Origin: Acidimicrobiia bacterium
GTDB lineage: Bacteria; Actinomycetota; Acidimicrobiia; IMCC26256; JBBRZM01
DNA length: 64,000 nucleotides
Direction of reading: 5' to 3'
Assembly (NCBI GenBank): GCA_038236695.1
Contig: JBBRZM010000001.1
Span: forward strand, 14,177 to 78,176
In this document: one piece after another, positions 9,895 through 21,966 of the stretch
Position numbering within the stretch: position 1 is the first letter of the stretch
Layout of the letters: every line of letters starts with the position of its first letter
Notes under the pieces: model-generated
What the model was told of the DNA's origin: nothing
Seen by the model: the letters and a program-made list of their open reading frames with translations, nothing else
Database searches by the model: none
Position numbers and translations under genes: made by a program

Positions 9895-11058
9895 TCAGGC
9901 GAAACGGCGCATGTGGATGCTCGCGATGAGACCGATGCACGCGAAATACGCGATGACCGACGAGCCGCCGTAGCTCATAAACGGCAACGGGAGCCCGGTG
10001 ATGGGCATGATGCCCATCGTCATACCGACGTTCTCGAAGATCTGGAACGTGAACATCGCCAGGAACCCGACGCAGACGAGTGTGCCGAAGAAGTCTCCGG
10101 CCAGCCGGGCTGTTCGCCAGGTACGCCACACGATGATGGCGAAGAGCGCGAGCAGCGTCGCACCGCCGAGGAAGCCGAGCTCCTCACCGACCACCGTGAA
10201 GATGAAGTCGGTGCGTTGCTCGGGCACGAAGCCGAGCTGGGTCTGCGTGCCGTGAAATAGGCCGCGCCCGGTGAGCTGGCCGTTGGCGACCGCGGTCTTC
10301 GACTGGTCGACGTTGTACGTGGCGCGCTTCTTGTCCCCGCCTTGGTTCAAGAAGCTGGTGAGCCGGTCGACCTGGTACTGCTTCAGCACGCCGAGATTGA
10401 CCACCGCGAAGATGCCCGTGGCAGCCAGCGCGAGCAGCACGATCATTTGCCGCCCGCGCAGGCCCGCCACTGCGAGGATCGCGATCACGATCAGCGCCAT
10501 CACCATGGCGCTCCCGAGATCGGGCTGCAGCATCACGAGCCCGATCGGCACCACCGCGAGGCTCACGGCGACCGTCAAGCGCCACGCGTCGAGATCGCCC
10601 CGATGCTGATAGCAGTAGCCGGCGACGGCGATGACCAACGCGAACTTCGCGAACTCGGAGGGCTGGAGCTGGAAGCCGCCCGGCAGCTGGAACCAGCCCT
10701 GCGTACCCTTCGAGCGCGAACCGACGGGCGACAAGACGGCCAACAAGCCGAAGATCAGGCCGCCGTAGACGAGCACCGAAAGGTCGCGCAGCTTGCGATA
10801 ATCGACGGCCATCACAGCCGCCATCAGCAGCACGCCGACGAAGACGAACACCCCTTGACGTCTGACGTAGTGCAGCGGATCGCCGCGCACCGTGTTGCGG
10901 GTCGCGGAGTAGACCATGAGCAAGCCGAGCCCGGCAGTGCCGATCACCGCCGCGATGAGCAGCACGTCGAGGTGGCGCAGCGGCGACGCCTCGATTCGCG
11001 CTCTCCGGTCGGAGAGCATCGCTCGACGGGCGCTCGGCGCGCTGCTGATCGTTGCCAT
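9895..11058 (-). CDS. rodA: SEDS-family peptidoglycan polymerase RodA
   Basis: 387-aa polytopic FtsW/RodA/SpoVE-family protein, immediately downstream of PBP2 in the mre cluster. Confidence 0.85.
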   Translation of the reverse strand: MATISSAPSARRAMLSDRRARIEASPLRHLDVLLIAAVIGTAGLGLLMVYSATRNTVRGDPLHYVRRQGVFVFVGVLLMAAVMAVDYRKLRDLSVLVYGGLIFGLLAVLSPVGSRSKGTQGWFQLPGGFQLQPSEFAKFALVIAVAGYCYQHRGDLDAWRLTVAVSLAVVPIGLVMLQPDLGSAMVMALIVIAILAVAGLRGRQMIVLLALAATGIFAVVNLGVLKQYQVDRLTSFLNQGGDKKRATYNVDQSKTAVANGQLTGRGLFHGTQTQLGFVPEQRTDFIFTVVGEELGFLGGATLLALFAIIVWRTWRTARLAGDFFGTLVCVGFLAMFTFQIFENVGMTMGIMPITGLPLPFMSYGGSSVIAYFACIGLIASIHMRRFA

Positions 11059-13016
11059 CAGTCGATCGCCTTCGGCGCCGCGACGAGAGGATTGCTCGGC
11101 GCAAGTCCGGCGAGCTTCTCGAGGATCGTCCGCACGATCGGCGCGGCAACCGCAGACCCGAAGCCGGCCTCCTCGACAACCGCGGCCACGACGTACTGCG
11201 GGTTGTCGGTGGGCATGATGCCGACGAACAGCGACGTGGTCGACTTGTTGTTGACCTCCGCCGTACCGGTCTTGCCCGCGATCGACACCTTGTCGAATGG
11301 AAATCCCTTGAACGGCTGCGCCGCGGTTCCGGTGCGCGGCACACCTTCGAGGCCGGCGAGGATCGCGCTGCGCGCCGCGGGATCGAGGTGCGTGGACGCG
11401 AGCGTGTGCGGGGCGAGATCGCGCACGACGGTGGGGCTGTCGTAGTCACGGATCTGTGAGGCGAGCCTCGGCGTCAGCAGCTCGCCGCCGTTCGCGAACG
11501 CGGCGTAGCCACGCGCGAGTTGGAGCGGGGTGACGAGCAAGTCGCCCTGTCCCACCGCGAGGTTGACGCTGTCGCCCGGAAGCCAAATCGAGTTCTCGGC
11601 CTTCACGCGCGGATTGGGCTGGTTCTTGTTGAAGTCCTTCTTGAACGCCTCGTCGGGGATCCGCCCGGCCGCCTCACCGTCGAGACCGACGTCGGTCGGC
11701 TGACCGAAGCCGTAGGTGCGCGCGCTGTTCTGGATCGCGTAACCGGTCGTGGTGTCGCCGCGGTGGAAGCGGCCCCAGAAGTCGGCGCCGAGCGTGTAGA
11801 AGTACACGTCGCTCGACACGGTGAGTGCCTTTTGCAGGCTGATCGCTCCGTTGCGCGTGCCCCCCGCGTTGTGGAACGTGAAGCCGCCGACTTTGATCGA
11901 ACCGTTGTCGTTGATCACGCGGCCGGGGCTGGTCACGCCGGCGTCGAGCGCCGCGATCGCGCTGAACGTCTTCCACGTGGATCCGGGTGCGTACTGGCCC
12001 TGAACGGCACGGTCGATCAACGGGAAGTGGTTGGCGGGGTCGTTGAGCGCCTTGAACTGGTCGGTGGGGATCCCGTTGAGGAACTCGTTCGGGTCGTACG
12101 TGGGGTTGGACGCCATCGCGACCACCGACCCGTCCTGCGCGTTGAGCACCACGACCGAACCCGCCGGTGCTGCGAACCGGCCCGACCCTGACTTGGCCGA
12201 CGCGTCGCGCAGCCCCCGCGCTTGACGCATCGCATCGGCGAGCGTCTGCTCCGCGGTCTGTTGGATGTCGAGGTCGATCGTGAGCTGTACGTCGTGGCCG
12301 GGCCCGGCCGGACGCTCGTCGACGGTGCGCAACGGTTTGCCGCGGCTATCGACCTCGATCTTGTCGATCTGCGGCTTGCCGCGAAGCTCCGACTCGAACA
12401 TCTGCTCCGCGCCCGACTTCCCTACCGTCTCGCCGAGTTGGTAATGCGCGTCGCGTTGCTGCTTGAGCTCGGCGTCACTCACTTCGCCGGTGTAACCAAG
12501 CACGTGGGCACCAAGTGAGCCTCCCGGATACGAGCGGATCGGGATCTGATCGGCTTCGACGCCGGGGAAGTCTTGCTGGTGCTCTTTGATGACTGTGATG
12601 GCGTCGATCGACACGCCGGTCGCGACCGGCACCGGACGGTACGGCGAGATCCGCTTGTCGTTGAGCCGCTTCTCGATCGACGCCGGCGGCACCTGCAGCA
12701 TGAAGGCGAGCCGCGCGACGACCAGCTTGAGATTCTGGGGCGTGATCTTGCGGTCGACCAGGATGGCGTTCTCGACGCGGTTCTGCGCGAGCACGCGTCC
12801 CTTGTCATCGAGGAGACGACCGCGCAGCCCGGGTGTTTGCACGATGCGTACGGAGTTGCGGGTCGCGACCGCGGCCAGCTTCTGGCCGGCACCCGCTTGG
12901 AGGAACCACAGCCGGGCGAGCAAGGTGCAGAAGAGCGCCATGACCACGATGCCGATGACGCTGAGACGCACGCGTGGGTTGGCCTCGGACGCGTGCCGGC
13001 GGTCGGAAGAGCTCAT
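11058..13016 (-). CDS. mrdA: penicillin-binding protein 2 (elongation transpeptidase)
   Basis: N-terminal membrane anchor, PBP dimerisation domain, and transpeptidase motifs STWK, SSD and KTGTAE. Confidence 0.85.
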   Translation of the reverse strand: MSSSDRRHASEANPRVRLSVIGIVVMALFCTLLARLWFLQAGAGQKLAAVATRNSVRIVQTPGLRGRLLDDKGRVLAQNRVENAILVDRKITPQNLKLVVARLAFMLQVPPASIEKRLNDKRISPYRPVPVATGVSIDAITVIKEHQQDFPGVEADQIPIRSYPGGSLGAHVLGYTGEVSDAELKQQRDAHYQLGETVGKSGAEQMFESELRGKPQIDKIEVDSRGKPLRTVDERPAGPGHDVQLTIDLDIQQTAEQTLADAMRQARGLRDASAKSGSGRFAAPAGSVVVLNAQDGSVVAMASNPTYDPNEFLNGIPTDQFKALNDPANHFPLIDRAVQGQYAPGSTWKTFSAIAALDAGVTSPGRVINDNGSIKVGGFTFHNAGGTRNGAISLQKALTVSSDVYFYTLGADFWGRFHRGDTTTGYAIQNSARTYGFGQPTDVGLDGEAAGRIPDEAFKKDFNKNQPNPRVKAENSIWLPGDSVNLAVGQGDLLVTPLQLARGYAAFANGGELLTPRLASQIRDYDSPTVVRDLAPHTLASTHLDPAARSAILAGLEGVPRTGTAAQPFKGFPFDKVSIAGKTGTAEVNNKSTTSLFVGIMPTDNPQYVVAAVVEEAGFGSAVAAPIVRTILEKLAGLAPSNPLVAAPKAID

Positions 13017-13082
13017 GAGTCCACCATCCTCGCGAACCCGTGCCCGAAAGTACGAGCGCGGCCCGCGATCGGGGGCGGGTCG

Positions 13083-13592
13083 TCAGTGGGCGCGGAAGGC
13101 GCCGCTGGCCAATTTTTCGTTGGTTGCCCACCGGGCCAGGGGGAAGATCAGCGGCGAGATCACCAGGTCATACGCCGCCGCGATGGCGACGACTTGTAGA
13201 TTGTGCACGGTGAGGAGGTGCTCACGACCGGCGAGCGCGCCGACCGTGACGAAGACCAGGCCCCCGAAGAGCCCGCCGACACCGCCGAGCAGCGGGGCGA
13301 CCCAGCGTGACGACCGCAGCATCCCGCCCCGGAGAACCCCGACCGCGTAGCCGGTGGCTGCGAACGCGAGGGCCGAGAGACCGAGTGGCGTCTCGCGAAA
13401 GAGGTCGATGGCGAGGCCGGCGGCGAACCCGTAGACCGCGCCGTCGTCGGCGCCGACGTTGTACGCGATCGCGATCGTCGCGACGAGCCCGACGTCGGGC
13501 ACCGCGCCGGCGATCCGCAAGTATGGGAACACCGCCGTCTGCACGAGCACGCAACTGAGCAGCAACATGAACAGGCGCGCCCGGCGGATCAT
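13083..13592 (-). CDS. mreD: rod shape-determining protein MreD
   Basis: 169-aa hydrophobic multi-TM protein located between mreC and mrdA. Confidence 0.7.
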   Translation of the reverse strand: MIRRARLFMLLLSCVLVQTAVFPYLRIAGAVPDVGLVATIAIAYNVGADDGAVYGFAAGLAIDLFRETPLGLSALAFAATGYAVGVLRGGMLRSSRWVAPLLGGVGGLFGGLVFVTVGALAGREHLLTVHNLQVVAIAAAYDLVISPLIFPLARWATNEKLASGAFRAH

Positions 13593-13607
13593 GTCACCAC
13601 CGCGCGC

Positions 13608-14450
13608 TCAGCCAACGGACGCTTTCGGCCAGTGCAAGACCTTGACGAACTCGATTTGATCGAGATCGACGAGCGGCTGCAGCGTGATCGTCTGCTCGAG
13701 CCCGTCGCGCGGCCTGGTGGCACGCGTCACCTTGGCCACCGGGATGTTGGGTGGATAGCTGCTGTTCTGCAGACCCGACGTAAACACGAGCTCGCCCTTC
13801 GCGACCGGCACGTCGGGCGCGACGAATTTCAAACTGAGTTGCGTCTTGCCCGAACGCCCCTGAGCGACCCCCGGTTGACCGCTCTTCTCGAGCCGTACGC
13901 CGACGCCGGCCGTCGGATCATCGATGAGCTCAACCGTCGCGCTGCTGCGTGCGACCTCAGTGATCCGGCCGACCAGTCCCGCGCCCGCGACGACCGGCAT
14001 GCCCACCGCGAGTCCTCGACTGCTGCCTCGGTCGATTTGGATCGTGCGCTCGAAGTTGCCGGGCGCGCCGGCGATCACGCGCGCCGCGACCGCGTCGGAG
14101 TCTTGAATGAACGGGATGTCGACCAGCTTCTTCAACTGTTCGTTTTCGCGGATCACGGCACGCGCTGCGGCTTCTCTGCCTCGCTGCGCGGCGAGCTGCT
14201 GGCGGAGCTTCCGATTGTCGGCCTTGACTGATCCGGAGTCGGTGACGCCCGAGATCCAGTCACCGACCGGCGAGAACACGTCGTGGGCCGCGGTCTCAAC
14301 CGGAGAGACCACTTCGTGGGCTGCACGGCGTGCCGTGCCGGCCACGCCCCCGCCGGAGCCTCGCTCGTCAAGCGTGATGAGCGTCACCGCCGTGAGCGCC
14401 AGCAGCACGAGCACGGAACGGCCCCGACTGCCCCGCCGATAGACGACCAC
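13608..14450 (-). CDS. mreC: rod shape-determining protein MreC
   Basis: N-terminal TM segment, a coiled-coil (NRKLRQQLAAQRGREAAARAVIRENEQLKKL), then beta-barrel repeats. It follows mreB. Confidence 0.85.
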   Translation of the reverse strand: MVVYRRGSRGRSVLVLLALTAVTLITLDERGSGGGVAGTARRAAHEVVSPVETAAHDVFSPVGDWISGVTDSGSVKADNRKLRQQLAAQRGREAAARAVIRENEQLKKLVDIPFIQDSDAVAARVIAGAPGNFERTIQIDRGSSRGLAVGMPVVAGAGLVGRITEVARSSATVELIDDPTAGVGVRLEKSGQPGVAQGRSGKTQLSLKFVAPDVPVAKGELVFTSGLQNSSYPPNIPVAKVTRATRPRDGLEQTITLQPLVDLDQIEFVKVLHWPKASVG

Positions 14451-14465
14451 GACCCGATCGGGAGC

Positions 14466-15503
14466 TCAGTGCTGCCGCGAGGAGATGAGGACCTGCTTGA
14501 GGGCGTCGAACTCCTCAAGGCACTGGCCGGAACCGAGGACTACGGAGAAAAGGGGGTTTTTGGCCACCACGATCGGCATGCCGGTCTCGTTGGCGAGCCG
14601 CTGGTCGAGGCCGTGCAGCAATGCGCCACCGCCCGTGATGACGATGCCCTTCTCCATGATGTCTGCGGCAAGCTCGGGAGGCGTCTTGTCGAGCGTGTAC
14701 TTGACCGCGTCGACAATCGCGGCGACGGGTTCCTCGATCGCCTCGCGCAACTCGCCGGTCGACACGACAATCGTCTTCGGCAATCCCGTGACGAGGTCAC
14801 GGCCACGGATCTCGGCGTACAACTCCTCCTCGAGCGGCGACGCGCTCGCGAGCTGCACCTTGATCTCTTCCGCGGTGCGCTCACCGAGTGCGAGTGAGTA
14901 CTCCTTCTTGACGAACGTGATGATCGCTTCGTCGAGCTCGTCGCCACCGATGCGGATCGACTCGCTCGCAACGATGCCGCCCAACGAGATCACCGCGACC
15001 TCGGTGGTACCGCCGCCGATGTCGACGACCATGTTGCCGGCCGGCTCGTGCACCGGCAGACCGGCTCCAATCGCGGCGGCCATCGGCTCTTCGATGATGT
15101 AGGCGGGCTTGCGGGCGCCGGCGTACTCCGCCGCCTCCTGCACGGCGCGCTGCTCGACACCGGTAATGCCCGACGGCACGCAAATCACCATGCGGGGCTT
15201 CGCCCATCTGCGGCTGTGCACCCGCTGGATGAAGTAGCGCAGCATCTTCTCGCAGATGTCGAAGTCGGCGATCACGCCGTCTTTCAACGGACGGATGGCC
15301 TGAATGTGGCCGGGTGTGCGGCCGATCATGCGCTTGGCCTCGGAGCCGACCGCGAGCGGACGACCGTCTTTCGCGTTGATCGCGACAACCGACGGTTCGT
15401 CGAGCACGATGCCGCGCCCGCGCACATACACGAGGGTGTTGGCGGTGCCGAGGTCGACCGCCATGTCGCGACCGACAATCGATGAGTACCAGGGCTCAGT
15501 CAC
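14466..15503 (-). CDS. mreB: actin-like rod shape-determining protein MreB
   Basis: [10 protein letters not shown] and [12 protein letters not shown] phosphate-binding motifs. Start set at GTG 15503, 9 nt downstream of AGGAGG. The ORF extension to 15734 is rejected. Confidence 0.9.
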   Translation of the reverse strand: MTEPWYSSIVGRDMAVDLGTANTLVYVRGRGIVLDEPSVVAINAKDGRPLAVGSEAKRMIGRTPGHIQAIRPLKDGVIADFDICEKMLRYFIQRVHSRRWAKPRMVICVPSGITGVEQRAVQEAAEYAGARKPAYIIEEPMAAAIGAGLPVHEPAGNMVVDIGGGTTEVAVISLGGIVASESIRIGGDELDEAIITFVKKEYSLALGERTAEEIKVQLASASPLEEELYAEIRGRDLVTGLPKTIVVSTGELREAIEEPVAAIVDAVKYTLDKTPPELAADIMEKGIVITGGGALLHGLDQRLANETGMPIVVAKNPLFSVVLGSGQCLEEFDALKQVLISSRQH

Positions 15504-15630
15504 GAGTGTGGGCCTCCTCACGTGACGAACCAGTGAGGCTAGGTGCCGAACCGACCGTGGTCCAGCCGTAGAACTTGTTCTTCTCCGCGAATCGCAACGG
15601 AAACCTGCCACCACCGGAAACCAGGGAGTG

Positions 15631-16047
15631 TCAGCCGTTCGGTGCGGCGAAGAAAAGCGCGATCTCGCGTTCGGCGGACTCGGCGCTGTCGGAGCCGTGA
15701 ACGAGGTTCTCGCCGGTTTCGAGGGCGAGGTCACCGCGAATCGTGCCCGGCGCGGCTTCGCGGGGGTTTGTCGCGCCCATCATCGTGCGCACGGTCTCCC
15801 ACGTGTCGGGCCCGCCTTCGACGATCATCGCCACGAGCGGACCGCGGGTGATGAATGCGACGACCTCGCCAAAGAACGGCTTGTCGCGATGCTCGTCGTA
15901 GTGGCGGACCGCCAGCTCCTCATCGATGCGGCGGAGCTCGATCGCCGAGATCGTGAGCCCCTTGCGCTCGAGTCGCCCGATGATCTCGCCGACGAGCCCC
16001 CGCTCGACCGCATCGGGCTTGCAGAGGACCAACGTGCGTGTGCTCAT
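15631..16047 (-). CDS. ndk: nucleoside-diphosphate kinase
   Basis: 138 aa: [10 protein letters not shown]...NLVHGSDS, which contains the active-site His. Confidence 0.95.
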   Translation of the reverse strand: MSTRTLVLCKPDAVERGLVGEIIGRLERKGLTISAIELRRIDEELAVRHYDEHRDKPFFGEVVAFITRGPLVAMIVEGGPDTWETVRTMMGATNPREAAPGTIRGDLALETGENLVHGSDSAESAEREIALFFAAPNG

Positions 16048-16084
16048 GAGCCGGGGACGCTAGCCGTACCTGCCGTTTTGGTGC

Positions 16085-17404
16085 CTATTCGACCGGCGCG
16101 ACGAGGGTTCGGCGGGCTTCGCCGACCGTGTACAGGGAACCGGTGACGACGAGCTGACCGTCAGGCTCGGTAACCGCAAGGCCCCGGGCGACGGCTTCGG
16201 CAACGAGGTCGGCGACGTCGATGCGATCGGGATCGACGCCGAGGTCGGCCGCGGCGTCGGCGACTCGCGCCGGATCGAGCGCGCGCGGACTGGGCGGGCG
16301 GCAACAGACCACGCGATGAGCGCGCGTCACGTCGAGCGCCTCGAGCATCTCGTGGGGCTCTTTTTCGCGCAGGAGTCCCACGACCAGTGTGCGCGGCGCG
16401 GCCACGAACTCCTCCGCGAGCGCCTGACGCAACGCGTGCGCGCCGGCGACGTTGTGCGCGCCGTCGAGCAACACCAGCGGCTGGTGTCCGACGACTTCGA
16501 GGCGGCCCGGAGATCGCACCGCGGCGAACGCGTCGGCAACGACCTGCTCGGGCACCGGTCCGCCAATGAAACACTCGGCGGCCGCAAGCGCGGCAGCTGC
16601 ATTGTCGGCCTGGTGCGCGCCGTGGAGCGGCAGGAAGATCTCGTCGTACTGCGCCTCGGGCGTGAACAGACTCAACAACCGACCGCCATGTGCGATCACG
16701 TTCGTGGAGACGCCGAACCCACCGCCGCGCATGATCACCCGCTCGGCGCCCCGGTCGAGGAACAGCGGCGCGAGCGCCGGATCGGTCTCTCCGAGCACGA
16801 GGGTGCAGCCCGGCTTGACGATGCCGGCCTTCTCCGCCGCGATCGACTCCCGTGTCGGTCCCAGGTACTCGACGTGGTCGACACTCACGTTGGTCACGAC
16901 CGCGACCTCGCCGTCGACCACGTTGGTTGCGTCCCACTCGCCACCCACACCGACCTCGATGACGGCCGCCTGCGCCGCGACGTCGGCGAACCAGCGGAAG
17001 GCTGCGGCGGTGAGGATCTCGAAGTAGCTCGGCCGGTCGTCGAGGAACGCCTCGGCCCCGGCCACGACGGTCAGCAGCTCAGCGAGCGCGTCATCGGAGA
17101 TCGGTTCGGTGTCCCAGGTGATGCGCTCGTTGACGCGCTCGAGATGCGGACTCGTATACGTGCCCGTCAACAGGCCGCTGCCGACGAACAGTGCCGCGAG
17201 CATCCGCGCGACCGACGTCTTGCCGTTGGTGCCGGTGATGTGCACCGCGGGATAGTCGAGCTGTGGCGAACCGAGCAGCGTCGTGAGCGCTTCGATGCGC
17301 GCCCGGGTGGGCACGGTGCTGCGCCGGTCGGCACCGACGGGAAGGCCGACCGACTCGAGGTTGACATGCGCGTCGAGCCAGGCGCGGGCCTCGACCGGGT
17401 TCAC
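16085..17404 (-). CDS. folC: bifunctional folylpolyglutamate synthase / dihydrofolate synthase
   Basis: Mur-ligase family with P-loop HITGTNGKTS. Its position downstream of valS matches other actinobacteria. Confidence 0.85.
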   Translation of the reverse strand: MNPVEARAWLDAHVNLESVGLPVGADRRSTVPTRARIEALTTLLGSPQLDYPAVHITGTNGKTSVARMLAALFVGSGLLTGTYTSPHLERVNERITWDTEPISDDALAELLTVVAGAEAFLDDRPSYFEILTAAAFRWFADVAAQAAVIEVGVGGEWDATNVVDGEVAVVTNVSVDHVEYLGPTRESIAAEKAGIVKPGCTLVLGETDPALAPLFLDRGAERVIMRGGGFGVSTNVIAHGGRLLSLFTPEAQYDEIFLPLHGAHQADNAAAALAAAECFIGGPVPEQVVADAFAAVRSPGRLEVVGHQPLVLLDGAHNVAGAHALRQALAEEFVAAPRTLVVGLLREKEPHEMLEALDVTRAHRVVCCRPPSPRALDPARVADAAADLGVDPDRIDVADLVAEAVARGLAVTEPDGQLVVTGSLYTVGEARRTLVAPVE

Positions 17405-17407
17405 GCG

Positions 17408-19990
17408 CTACGACTCAGCCGCGTCGGCGGCGACGAGCTCGACGCGGACTGCGAGCTCGTCGCCGAGATCGGTGTCGAAGCTGCGCACGCGGCCGGCCTC
17501 GAGCACATCGGCGCGCGCCGCTTCGAGAGCGGCGACGCGGTCGCGCGTGTCGGTGACGCGCAGGTGCGCGACATCGGCGCGGAGTGACCGCTGCTCGGTT
17601 GTCTTGGCCTTGCGGATCGCGCCGAGCACGTCGGCCGCGACCAGGTACACGAGCGGGTCGGCGTCGCTGTCGACGGGGCTCGTCGCGGCGCGCGGTTCGG
17701 CGGGGTCGGGCCACGGCGCGCGGTGCACCGAGCCGCCCTGCCACCACGACCACACCTCTTCGGTGACGAAGGGCAAGTGCGGGGCAAACAAACGGAGCAG
17801 CACCGACAACGTGATCTCGAGTGTGCGCCGGGCGGACGCACCACCGGGCTCCCCCACCGTGCGGTAGGCCCGCTGCTTGACCAGCTCCAAGTAGTCGTCG
17901 CAGAAGCTCCAGAAGAAACGCTCGGCGCGCTCGAGCGCGCGGGCGTAGTCGTAGTCGTCGAACGCGGAGGTCGCGTCCTCGACGAGGACGCTGAGGTGCG
18001 CGAGGAGCGAGCGGTCGAGCGGCTCGGTCACATCGGATCCGTCGTCACTGCCGACGGATCCGTCTCCCCGCACGCCGAGCGCGAACCTCGACGCGTTGAG
18101 AATCTTGATCGCGAGGCGCCGGCCGACCTTCATCTGACCCTCGTCGAAGGCGGTGTCGGTGCCGGGCCGTCCGCTTGCCGCCCAGTACCGCACGGCGTCG
18201 GAGCCGAACTGGTCGAGGAGGTCGAGCGGCGTGACCGCGTTGCCCTTGCTCTTCGACATCTTCTTGCGGTCGGGGTCGAGGACCCACCCCGAGATAGCGG
18301 CATCGCTCCACGGCAGGCAGTCGAACTCGACGTGGGCGCGCACGATGGTCGAGAACAGCCACGTGCGGATGATCTCGTGCGCCTGGGGCCGCAGATCCAT
18401 GGGAAAGACGCGCGCGAACCGGTCGGGATCATCCTCCCAGCGCGCCGCGATCTCGGGCGTGAGCGACGACGTCGCCCACGTGTCCATCACGTCGGGGTCA
18501 CCCATGAAGCCCCCGGGCTTTCCACGCTGGTCTTCGGTGTAGCCCGTCGGGACATCGGTCGACGGGTCGATCGGCAACGCATCTTCGGCCGGCACGATCG
18601 GGTGGTCGTAGTCGGCATCGCCGCCGTCGGTCAGCGGGTACCAAAGGGGGAACGGCACGCCGAAGAAACGCTGCCGGCTGATGAGCCAGTCACCGTTGAG
18701 GCCCTCGACCCAGCTCTCGTAGCGGGCGCGCATGTACGGCGGGTGCCAGCGCAGCTCCCGGCCGCGTGCGAGCAACGCCTCACGCAACTCGGGATCGCGA
18801 CCGCCGTTGCGGAAGTACCACTGCCGGCTCGTGACGATCTCGAGCGGCCGATCACCTCTCTCGTAGAACTTCACCGAGTGCGTGATCGGCTTCGGGTCGG
18901 CCACGAGGTCGCCCGACTCCTGCAGCAGCTCCACGACCCGCTTCCGGGCCTGCTTCACCGTCTTGCCTGCGAGCTCGCCCCAGGCGTGTGTCGCCGCGTC
19001 GTCGTCAAACGTGACCGGCGGCTCGGCCTGGATGCGCCCGTCACGCCCGAGCACGTTGCGCGTCGGCAGCTGCAGCTCGCGCCACCAGACCACGTCGGTG
19101 ACATCGCCGAACGTGCAGATCATCGCGATCCCGGAACCCTTCTCGGGATCGGCGAGGGCGTGCGCGGTGACCGGTACGGCCACGCCGAACAGCGGCGTAC
19201 GCACCTCCTTGCCGAACAGCGACTGATAGCGCGTGTCGTCGGGGTGCGCGACGAGCGCGACGCACGCGGGAATGAGCTCGGGACGGGTGGTCTCGATCAC
19301 GACGTCGGCGGCGCCGTCAACGCCGGCGAAACGGATCGGATGGTACGCGCCGGTCTGTTCGCGGTCTTCGAGCTCGGCCTGCGCGACGGCGGTGCGGAAG
19401 TCGACGTCCCACAGCGTCGGCGCCTCGGCCTGGTACGCCTGGTTGCGCTGCAGCATGCGCAGGAACGCCCGCTGCGACGCGCGCTGGGCGCCGGTGCCGA
19501 TCGTGGTGTACGTCGTCGACCAGTCGACCGACAAGCCGAGGTGGCGCCACAGCCCCTCGAACTTCTGCTCGTCTTCGACGACGAGGCCCTCGCACAGCTC
19601 CACGAAATTGCGCCGCGAGGTCGGCACCGGGTGCTTTCCGGGTTTGGCCGGCGGAATGAACGCGGGGTCATAGGGCAGCGAAGGATCGCAAGCGACCCCG
19701 AAGAAGTTCTCGACGCGCCGCTCGGTGGGCAGGCCGTTGTCGTCCCAGCCCATCGGGTAGAAGATTTCCTTGCCCCGCATGCGCTGGTACCGGGCGATGG
19801 TGTCGGTGTGCGTGTAGGAAAACACGTGGCCCACGTGCAGCGACCCGCTCACCGTCGGCGGCGGCGTGTCGATCGAGTAGATCTCGGGCCTGCTTTTGGT
19901 GCGATCGAACCGGTACGTGCCGTCGGCTTCCCAGCGCCCGCTCCACTTCGCCTCGAGCCCGTCGAGCGACGGCTTGTCGGGAATGCCCAT
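17408..19990 (-). CDS. valS: valine--tRNA ligase
   Basis: 860 aa. Class I signature HVGH (SLHVGHVFSY) and KMSKS (KKMSKSKGN), with a C-terminal coiled-coil. Confidence 0.95.
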   Translation of the reverse strand: MGIPDKPSLDGLEAKWSGRWEADGTYRFDRTKSRPEIYSIDTPPPTVSGSLHVGHVFSYTHTDTIARYQRMRGKEIFYPMGWDDNGLPTERRVENFFGVACDPSLPYDPAFIPPAKPGKHPVPTSRRNFVELCEGLVVEDEQKFEGLWRHLGLSVDWSTTYTTIGTGAQRASQRAFLRMLQRNQAYQAEAPTLWDVDFRTAVAQAELEDREQTGAYHPIRFAGVDGAADVVIETTRPELIPACVALVAHPDDTRYQSLFGKEVRTPLFGVAVPVTAHALADPEKGSGIAMICTFGDVTDVVWWRELQLPTRNVLGRDGRIQAEPPVTFDDDAATHAWGELAGKTVKQARKRVVELLQESGDLVADPKPITHSVKFYERGDRPLEIVTSRQWYFRNGGRDPELREALLARGRELRWHPPYMRARYESWVEGLNGDWLISRQRFFGVPFPLWYPLTDGGDADYDHPIVPAEDALPIDPSTDVPTGYTEDQRGKPGGFMGDPDVMDTWATSSLTPEIAARWEDDPDRFARVFPMDLRPQAHEIIRTWLFSTIVRAHVEFDCLPWSDAAISGWVLDPDRKKMSKSKGNAVTPLDLLDQFGSDAVRYWAASGRPGTDTAFDEGQMKVGRRLAIKILNASRFALGVRGDGSVGSDDGSDVTEPLDRSLLAHLSVLVEDATSAFDDYDYARALERAERFFWSFCDDYLELVKQRAYRTVGEPGGASARRTLEITLSVLLRLFAPHLPFVTEEVWSWWQGGSVHRAPWPDPAEPRAATSPVDSDADPLVYLVAADVLGAIRKAKTTEQRSLRADVAHLRVTDTRDRVAALEAARADVLEAGRVRSFDTDLGDELAVRVELVAADAAES

Positions 19991-20043
19991 GAGCCGTTCA
20001 GTCTACGGACCGCCCCGTTCCATTCGGGGGCCGGAGGACGACG

Positions 20044-21300
<1,257 letters not shown>

Positions 21301-21330
21301 GACGTTTTCCCCTCGGCCGGTCGCGTGCGC

Positions 21331-21966
21331 TCAGCTGACCCCGGCCGCGACTGCGACCTGCGCCAGCTCTCGGTTCGAGATCACTTCGTCGACGATGCCG
21401 TAATCACGCGCTTCGGGCGCGCTCATGATGAAGTCGCGGTCGGTGTCGTGCGCGATCTTGTCGACGAGTTGACCGGTGTGGTGCGCGAGCAGCTCGTCGA
21501 GCAGCTCGCGCATACGGATGATCTCCTTGGCCTGGATCTCGATGTCGACGGCTTGCCCCGATGCACCGCCATGCGGCTGGTGAATCAGGATGCGCGCGTG
21601 GGGCAGCACGTAGCGCTTGCCCTTGGCGCCCGCGGCGAGGAGCACCGCCGCCGCCGACGCGGCCTGACCCACGCAGATCGTCTGCACATCGCACTTGATG
21701 AACTGCATCGTGTCGTAGATCGCGAAGAGGGCCGTGATCTCACCGCCGGGCGAGTTGATGTAGATGGAGATGTCTTTGTCGGGGTCTTCGCTCTCGAGGT
21801 GGAGCAGCTGGGCGATCATGAGGTTGGACACCGTGTCGTCGATCGGCGTGCCGAGGAAGACGATCCGTTCCTTGAGCAGCCTCGAGTAGATGTCGAAGGC
21901 GCGTTCGCCTCGGTTGGTCTGCTCGATGACAGTGGGGACCAAGTAGTTACGGATCGGCTCAGTCAC
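21331..21966 (-). CDS. clpP: ATP-dependent Clp protease proteolytic subunit
   Basis: S14 peptidase with [11 protein letters not shown] (catalytic Ser) and IHQPHGG (His). Confidence 0.95.
   Translation of the reverse strand: MTEPIRNYLVPTVIEQTNRGERAFDIYSRLLKERIVFLGTPIDDTVSNLMIAQLLHLESEDPDKDISIYINSPGGEITALFAIYDTMQFIKCDVQTICVGQAASAAAVLLAAGAKGKRYVLPHARILIHQPHGGASGQAVDIEIQAKEIIRMRELLDELLAHHTGQLVDKIAHDTDRDFIMSAPEARDYGIVDEVISNRELAQVAVAAGVS

Noticed and set aside
15516-15538. 6-bp hairpin (CCUCAC/GUGAGG) that could sequester the mreB Shine-Dalgarno
   Set aside because: The stem is short with an 11-nt loop. Such pairings are expected by chance at this GC content, and I have no supporting evidence.
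15504-15734. N-terminal 77-aa extension of the mreB ORF
   Set aside because: The extension is Pro/Arg/Ser-rich. A GTG with an AGGAGG RBS at 15503 gives the canonical MreB N-terminus and length.
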